Shown in pieces: positions 28,141 to 33,090 of a stretch of DNA of 33,090 nucleotides. The translations under genes were made by a program, and so were the position numbers. Numbering within the stretch: the first letter of the stretch is position 1; each line of letters begins with the position of its first letter. This stretch comes from a virus (lineage: Duplodnaviria > Caudoviricetes): positions 1 to 33,090 of IMG/VR virus record IMGVR_UViG_3300012352_000596. One strand, written 5' to 3'. The notes under the pieces are model-generated. The model was not told the DNA's origin. It searched no databases and was given only the letters and a program-made list of their open reading frames with translations.

Positions 28141-28383
28141 ATGGTAAACGATAATTTTGGTAAGGGTTTAGTTAGAACCTGTATTATTCAAGGAAACAAG
28201 GTTTATTGTAAAAGAACTGATTATGATGTTTTTGCATTAGATTATATTGCAAAGTCTCATCATTGGATGATTAAGATTATTTTATTAAGACAACTTAAAT
28301 CTTTTGGTTGGATTTATAATGAAAATGATTTTAGCGTTGTTATTATGTCAGATGTTTCATTTAATAAAAAATTTAAAAAATAG
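28141..28383 (+). CDS. Hypothetical protein (80 aa)
   Basis: Start moved to ATG 28141 because the track start (TTG 28066) lies inside the promoter. Confidence 0.6.
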   Translation: MVNDNFGKGLVRTCIIQGNKVYCKRTDYDVFALDYIAKSHHWMIKIILLRQLKSFGWIYNENDFSVVIMSDVSFNKKFKK

Positions 28384-28385
28384 TT

Positions 28386-28874
28386 ATGAAATATTTCAAA
28401 TGGAATCACGACTTGGTTACGGAAATTGCTAAACAGTACCTCAATCAAAAAGAATTTAGAAAGGGTAACATCAGGGCGTTTGAATATTCTAAACGTAATG
28501 GTTTATTAGACGTTTTCTTCCCCGATAGAAAGAAGAATGAAACTGATTGGACAATTGATAAGGTTAAGGAGATTGCGTCCAAATATCGTAGACGTAAGGA
28601 CTTTTGTCAGAATGAGAAAGGTGCTGCTGGTATGGCGTACCGATTCGGTATCATGAATGAACTTTATCCACATAAAGAGTTTAAGGTTCACACACCAACT
28701 GAAGAAGAAATGAATGGACGTACAAAGAGATGTTGTCACTGTAAAAAAGAATTACCTTTAAAATATTTCCACAAGAATAAGGTATTTTGGGATGGTCTCG
28801 CACACAACTGTAAGAACTGTACCAACAACTTTAATAGAGAAAGAATGAGATTAGTTAAAAATAAAATTAAATAA
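28386..28874 (+). CDS. Homing-endonuclease-type repeat plus Zn-finger protein, no nuclease domain seen
   Basis: Two W..D.V.EIA..Y...K.F repeats followed by CCHC...CKNC. Confidence 0.6.
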   Translation: MKYFKWNHDLVTEIAKQYLNQKEFRKGNIRAFEYSKRNGLLDVFFPDRKKNETDWTIDKVKEIASKYRRRKDFCQNEKGAAGMAYRFGIMNELYPHKEFKVHTPTEEEMNGRTKRCCHCKKELPLKYFHKNKVFWDGLAHNCKNCTNNFNRERMRLVKNKIK

Positions 28875-28882
28875 TAAAAGAT

Positions 28883-29272
28883 ATGTCAAACAAACTTGTA
28901 AATTCATTAATTTGGGGATTAGGTAGAGGTATTGGTAATACCGCATCTAAACGTACTACGGAATATATTGGTAAAAAATTATACGACCCAAAGAGTAAGT
29001 TCCGTAAAAAAATTGAACGATTTGAATTAGGTGGTGACTTTAATATTGGTAAGAGAAAGATGTTTACATTAATTGATGGTTTTCATGAAGAATATATTAT
29101 GAACAGAGATTCGTTACCGGTATTTCAAGTTGGTAATTATCAATTAAGTGATATTAAAATGATTGAAACAAAATTACGTATGTTTGAATATCTTATTACA
29201 AATGAGGAATCACAACGACCGCAATATGAAACTGTAGTTAGTTATTGGAATATGGTAAAAAATGAATTATAA
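28883..29272 (+). CDS. Hypothetical protein
   Basis: 129 aa; GLGRGIG segment near the N-terminus; coupled to the next gene. Confidence 0.7.
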   Translation: MSNKLVNSLIWGLGRGIGNTASKRTTEYIGKKLYDPKSKFRKKIERFELGGDFNIGKRKMFTLIDGFHEEYIMNRDSLPVFQVGNYQLSDIKMIETKLRMFEYLITNEESQRPQYETVVSYWNMVKNEL

Positions 29273-30159
29273 TGGAGAGGAGAGATTTTCTTAAAAATAG
29301 TTTATTTAGTTTATTGGGTGTTGCATTAACATCAAACAAGGCATTAGCTTCGGTTGTTGAAACATTAACTCCACAATCACTAAAAGTGATGTTATATCTT
29401 GTACAAACAAATGATGGTCAATGGAAGGTTAAAGCAACAAAATGGATTGATTTTTATCAAAAAAGATTAAAACCTTGTTTAGTTAAACCAGAAACATTTA
29501 AGTTATTAGATATTGTTGATTATGATGTTGCAAATACTCGTAAGATTGAATTATGGAAACAATACAATTGTAGTGGTAGATTAACTAAAATAAAAATTAT
29601 TGAAAATACTATTAATGGTAATAAAGCTATTAATAGTGAAAATTATTTAAATTACATCAAGTCAGAAAAATTTAAATTAAATAATAAGAAACGTTCTATT
29701 GCTGCAGGTAAAGTTAGAGGTAAAACAATATTAGGTAAAAATAATCCTATTCACAAAATCAAAAATAATCCTTTTAAAGACCCTGATTTTATTAAAAGGA
29801 ATAGTAGTAAAAAGAAAGGAAAAAAACTATCTGAAGAAACAAAAAGTAAAATATCAAAATCTCATATAGGAATTATTTCCCCAAATAAAGGAAAAAAGGC
29901 ATCAGAAGAAACTCGTAAAAAATTATCAAAGGCATTAACAGGAAGGATTCCTTGGAATAAAGGAATAATATATGATGATAAAATTAGAAAAAAAATGAGC
30001 GAAATAAGAAGGGGTACACCCCAACCTAAAACTTCTGAAACCAATTCTAAGATGAATAGTTTAAAATTTATTTGTCCACATTGTAATCGTGAAATTGGTG
30101 GACGTGCTAATTTTGTTAGATTCCATAATAATAATTGTAGAAATAAAAATACTGTTTAA
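29272..30159 (+). CDS. Tat-signal-bearing protein with degenerate GIY-YIG-like domain, NUMOD3 repeats and C-terminal Zn finger
   Basis: MERRDFLK, hydrophobic stretch, ALA; GKKLSEETKSKIS / GKKASEETRKKLS repeats; CPHC...H...C. Confidence 0.75.
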   Translation: MERRDFLKNSLFSLLGVALTSNKALASVVETLTPQSLKVMLYLVQTNDGQWKVKATKWIDFYQKRLKPCLVKPETFKLLDIVDYDVANTRKIELWKQYNCSGRLTKIKIIENTINGNKAINSENYLNYIKSEKFKLNNKKRSIAAGKVRGKTILGKNNPIHKIKNNPFKDPDFIKRNSSKKKGKKLSEETKSKISKSHIGIISPNKGKKASEETRKKLSKALTGRIPWNKGIIYDDKIRKKMSEIRRGTPQPKTSETNSKMNSLKFICPHCNREIGGRANFVRFHNNNCRNKNTV

Positions 30160-30185
30160 GGGTTTCCATAACTTTTCCCCTAAAC

Positions 30186-30222
30186 ACAAAACCCCGACCA
30201 TTAATTTGGAAGGGGTTTTTGT
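30186..30222. terminator. Bidirectional terminator between the converging arms
   Basis: AAAACCCC..CCA-loop-TGG..GGGGTTTT. Confidence 0.75.
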
Positions 30223-30240
30223 TTTGTATTTGGAGAGAGG

Positions 30241-30360
30241 TTAAAACTCATCAAAGTGTTTGATAATCATATATATATCAAACCCCAACGCAAAAAATAC
30301 CCATGCTAAGCACAGGTATATATAGATTTGGAATAACCTATCACCAATATTATTTTTCAT
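30241..30360 (-). CDS. Small single-TM membrane protein (39 aa)
   Basis: MKNNIGDRLFQIYIYLCLAWVFFALGFDIYMIIKHFDEF; the internal ATG minimises overlap with the upstream gene. Confidence 0.55.
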   Translation of the reverse strand: MKNNIGDRLFQIYIYLCLAWVFFALGFDIYMIIKHFDEF

Positions 30361-30670
30361 CCCACTTGGATTTACAAACTGCATATGCTTGTCCATCTTC
30401 TGTATATTCTGCTCCAATTTCACTGATACATCTACCGATATATTTTTGTTCATCCTCATCACCTGATGGTGAAGGGATTGGGAAACCTTCTTTTACTTTA
30501 GCTTGTTCTTCTTTAATTGGAACACAATTAGGGACAGTTCTACCATCCAATTCTTTAGTTCCAATTGGTTCGTAACCTTCCCAACATGCGTCTTCTAAAT
30601 CCGCCATTTTCTTTGGTTTCTTAACATCACTTATTTTAAATCTAAGTTTTACAATTTGTTCTAAGTTCAT
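30350..30670 (-). CDS. Small two-module Cys-pair protein
   Basis: CWEGY..IGTK..DGR.VPNCVP module plus PIP.P...E....YI.RC.......Y....QAYAVC...W module. Confidence 0.7.
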   Translation of the reverse strand: MNLEQIVKLRFKISDVKKPKKMADLEDACWEGYEPIGTKELDGRTVPNCVPIKEEQAKVKEGFPIPSPSGDEDEQKYIGRCISEIGAEYTEDGQAYAVCKSKWDEK

Positions 30671-30927
30671 AGTCCGTTATGTTTTTTTAATTTACGATTT
30701 TCATCCATTAATGTTTCTACCTTCTTTTCCAAGTCTTGAACTTTAATATTCAACTCGTGAATTTCGGTTTTTAAATCTTCAATAATTTTAACGTATATAC
30801 CTATTGATAATTCAAGGTTACGAAGAACCTGATTATCTGTTTCAGCATCACTACGTCTTTTACCTACAAAGAATCCCGCAATTCCTGTAAGGGCATTAGA
30901 TATTAATAATAATATTTCTGTTGTCAT
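30667..30927 (-). CDS. Holin-like/membrane-anchored coiled-coil protein (86 aa)
   Basis: N-terminal TM ILLLISNALTGIAGFFVG, then KRR and a coiled coil. Confidence 0.55.
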   Translation of the reverse strand: MTTEILLLISNALTGIAGFFVGKRRSDAETDNQVLRNLELSIGIYVKIIEDLKTEIHELNIKVQDLEKKVETLMDENRKLKKHNGL

Positions 30928-30938
30928 AGTTGATTTGA

Positions 30939-31562
30939 TTAATATCCACAGTCCATGCAAGGCGGATCGTAGTGTGCCCTATCAGAATAAACTTCTAAGT
31001 TTCTCATAGTAGCAGCAATACTGTAACCGTATCTTGTTGTGTGATTAAGATATATTGGTGAATTGTACTTATCCGATTTATTTGGTAACATTCCATCGAT
31101 TGTAGAAGTGGAATTATATTGAGGAAATTTGTTCTGACCACGTCCTGTGATTAGATAATCTTGTAGACGCATCATGTAAAAATCAGCTCGTTGTTTCTGA
31201 ATAGTACGAAGATATTTCATCGTTTCAATATCAACACCTGTTGCAGACTCCATATCACCTTTTACGATACCTCTGTTCATCGTTCTAAAATGAAGATGAG
31301 GAATCATTTCATAATATGCGGTCTGTATCAAATAGTCGGCAATATAATCATTCACAAGGGTTAATTCATCAGCGTTGAATGTATTACCAGTTGCTGAGAT
31401 TTGATTCAACAAATGGTCATAGAATAAAGTACCCAATAAATTCTGAAGATGAATATCTTGTGCAATACCTATCTCCGCACGAATTGTGTCAATATCAACA
31501 TTTTTGTTAATATTTGTGAACGCCTTGATTTTATTTTCTGATATAAGTAACTTATTAGCCAT
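30939..31562 (-). CDS. Putative head-tail adaptor
   Basis: 207 aa directly after portal; NVD.D.I...I..AQDIH.Q.LLGT.FY motif. Confidence 0.6.
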   Translation of the reverse strand: MANKLLISENKIKAFTNINKNVDIDTIRAEIGIAQDIHLQNLLGTLFYDHLLNQISATGNTFNADELTLVNDYIADYLIQTAYYEMIPHLHFRTMNRGIVKGDMESATGVDIETMKYLRTIQKQRADFYMMRLQDYLITGRGQNKFPQYNSTSTIDGMLPNKSDKYNSPIYLNHTTRYGYSIAATMRNLEVYSDRAHYDPPCMDCGY

Positions 31563-31563
31563 A

Positions 31564-32727
31564 TTATACTTGTGTTGGGGTTTCTGGATTATCTACTACT
31601 AATGGTGCCTCATTAACGTCACCTGTTTCGTAAATTGATAATGGTTTAATTTCAAATGTTGTTGGTTGTTGGAACTTCATACTACATAACTTATCAAATA
31701 CACCCAATAGTTGTTTTTGATATGGCATAATCACAGTCTTACGTACATACTCAATGTGAGTTGTAATTTCGTCTTTTGATCCCAATTTGTTTGCTGTACT
31801 GATTCCAAATAACTCACCTGATGATATTCTATGTGCTGACAAGATTGAACGGATTATATCGTCATAAATTGCTTGATAGTAACCATCGTTTGCCGATGTT
31901 TGTATTTGTGTAATTTCAGGACTTAATTCCTTACTTTCATTGAATGAAATGATTGGTCTACCTGCGTTATTTACAGATGAGAATTGAGATTCCAATGCTC
32001 TTGTAATAACTCTTTGTTCTTCGTCACCTGGCAAACCATTGTTCATGTTAATCCAAAGACTCGGCATCATACCGTTCTTAAGATTGTTTGCGTGAAACTC
32101 CTTGATGTTCACATCAATTTCAATTGATGCAAGACCACCTGAATAATCAGGATGTGGATAATATGATTGAGATGGCGAATATTGTTTGTAATAATAAATT
32201 TGTGATGGTTCCGAATTTTGATTTGAGAAACAAGGATATGCGGTAACAGGGAATTTCTTAATGTTTGACCAATCTGCTGAGTAGTAATAAACTTCAATTT
32301 TATCCGTGTCAGGATTAATCTTACCACTTCTAATTCTACTAAAATCCAAGTGATAAATCTCAGCAATTGATTTTCTATCTTTTGACCAAATTACATTTAA
32401 TGCAAATCCCCCGAATAAAACCAAATCCAACGCACACTTTTCAAATACGTCCATAACTCTTTCATCTTCATTGATAAGATTTACAGTTGCCATAGGGTTA
32501 TTTAATGAAACCATTCCATCACCTAAAATCTGTTCTTTCTTTGAAGTTATAATTGCTTTATGAATTGCACTATTGTTATATCTTGATATTAGATATTGTG
32601 GCATCAAATTATTTGCACCATAAAATACAAAATCCTTGTTATTAAAAACCTCCGAAAAGACTGGTAATAATGGTTCTTGTGTAAACTGTGCTCTACTTAA
32701 TTGATATTTTTGTTTTTCTTCACTCAT
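31564..32727 (-). CDS. Portal protein
   Basis: 387 aa; YG.NN..PQYL...YN.S..H, D..LFGGF...V.W, YY..PDY.G, N..NG..PS, NAG.....F, I..AHR..S..LFGI motifs. Confidence 0.85.
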   Translation of the reverse strand: MSEEKQKYQLSRAQFTQEPLLPVFSEVFNNKDFVFYGANNLMPQYLISRYNNSAIHKAIITSKKEQILGDGMVSLNNPMATVNLINEDERVMDVFEKCALDLVLFGGFALNVIWSKDRKSIAEIYHLDFSRIRSGKINPDTDKIEVYYYSADWSNIKKFPVTAYPCFSNQNSEPSQIYYYKQYSPSQSYYPHPDYSGGLASIEIDVNIKEFHANNLKNGMMPSLWINMNNGLPGDEEQRVITRALESQFSSVNNAGRPIISFNESKELSPEITQIQTSANDGYYQAIYDDIIRSILSAHRISSGELFGISTANKLGSKDEITTHIEYVRKTVIMPYQKQLLGVFDKLCSMKFQQPTTFEIKPLSIYETGDVNEAPLVVDNPETPTQV

Positions 32728-32729
32728 AA

Positions 32730-33090
32730 TTATTGTTGTATATATATGTAATTGGAATTATCTTCATCAGGTGATACATAGGTAATAAACTCATTACCCT
32801 GTTCTGTGGTACCATTTAGACGCACCATTCCCGTATAAACCAAATTAGTACCATTACCATATATTTTTAATTGGTACTGTCCTTCGTAGTTTAAATCATC
32901 ATTCTGAAGGTTTAATATAATTTCACAATATCTATCATTCTCACCAAATAACTGTGGGTCATTAGTTGGAATAACGTATGATTTTTCTTCTTGAGAAAGA
33001 ATATGTGTAAAAGTAAGGGTATATCCCGAAAAGTCGGTTCTTGAGTTGTTATTGATGTTTAACACCAATTCATTCTGCTGACCTTTATTC
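32730..33090 (-). CDS. Hypothetical virion protein spanning the circular junction (123 aa, true start ATG at position 20)
   Basis: After merging the 9-nt overlap it reads MIIMNKGQQNELVLNINNNSRTDFSGY...; TATTTA motif at 40-45 upstream. Confidence 0.75.
   Translation of the reverse strand, partial: NKGQQNELVLNINNNSRTDFSGYTLTFTHILSQEEKSYVIPTNDPQLFGENDRYCEIILNLQNDDLNYEGQYQLKIYGNGTNLVYTGMVRLNGTTEQGNEFITYVSPDEDNSNYIYIQQ
33082..33090. repeat. Terminal direct overlap CCTTTATTC, identical to positions 1-9
   Basis: The sequence ends ...ctgacctttattc and begins cctttattcatt... Confidence 0.9.

Larger units (their letters stand above)
1..33090. other. Complete circularly permuted tailed-phage genome (33,081 bp unique), probable Bacteroidota host
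   Basis: Terminase, portal, protease, scaffold, capsid, tape measure and tail genes are present; a 9-nt end overlap restores an ORF; Bacteroidota-type promoter elements; no host housekeeping genes. Confidence 0.9.

Noticed and set aside
27338-30044. Minus-strand ORFs 27338-27523, 28506-28739 and 29862-30044
   Set aside because: Antisense to better-supported plus-strand genes.
1-33090. Stop-codon reassignment, tRNA genes, integrase/att site
   Set aside because: Code 11 gives dense full-length genes; I saw no cloverleaf or recombinase motifs by eye.

Overview
The window looks like a complete, circularly permuted ~33.08 kb AT-rich tailed (probably siphovirus-like) phage genome. The last 9 nt (33082-33090) repeat the first 9 nt, and joining the ends restores an intact 123-aa gene. 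TTTG-N19/20-TAnnTTT(G/A) promoters and AT-rich starts without Shine-Dalgarno sites suggest a Bacteroidota host. The minus strand carries the morphogenesis arm: terS, terL, a -1 frameshifting tail chaperone, a duplicated terminator-like protein, a collagen-like/C1q fibre, tail proteins, tape measure, a mosaic XkdF-type protease, scaffold, major capsid, tail tube, portal, adaptor and holin-like genes. The ~23-30 kb accessory region has a methyltransferase, an ECF-like sigma factor, Zn-finger and HTH proteins, three candidate small RNAs, a CTAG cluster, and a twin-arginine (Tat) signal peptide fused to a homing-endonuclease-derived DNA-binding protein. I recognise no polymerase, helicase, primase, integrase or endolysin. 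Most notable: (1) the Tat-GIY-YIG/NUMOD3 fusion; (2) the small-RNA cluster with the CTAG-rich putative origin; (3) two segregated Ser/Thr motif types in virion proteins ([ST]GxT versus [ST]GS); (4) apparent dependence on host or helper for replication and lysis. All product calls come from motif recognition by eye, not database searches.
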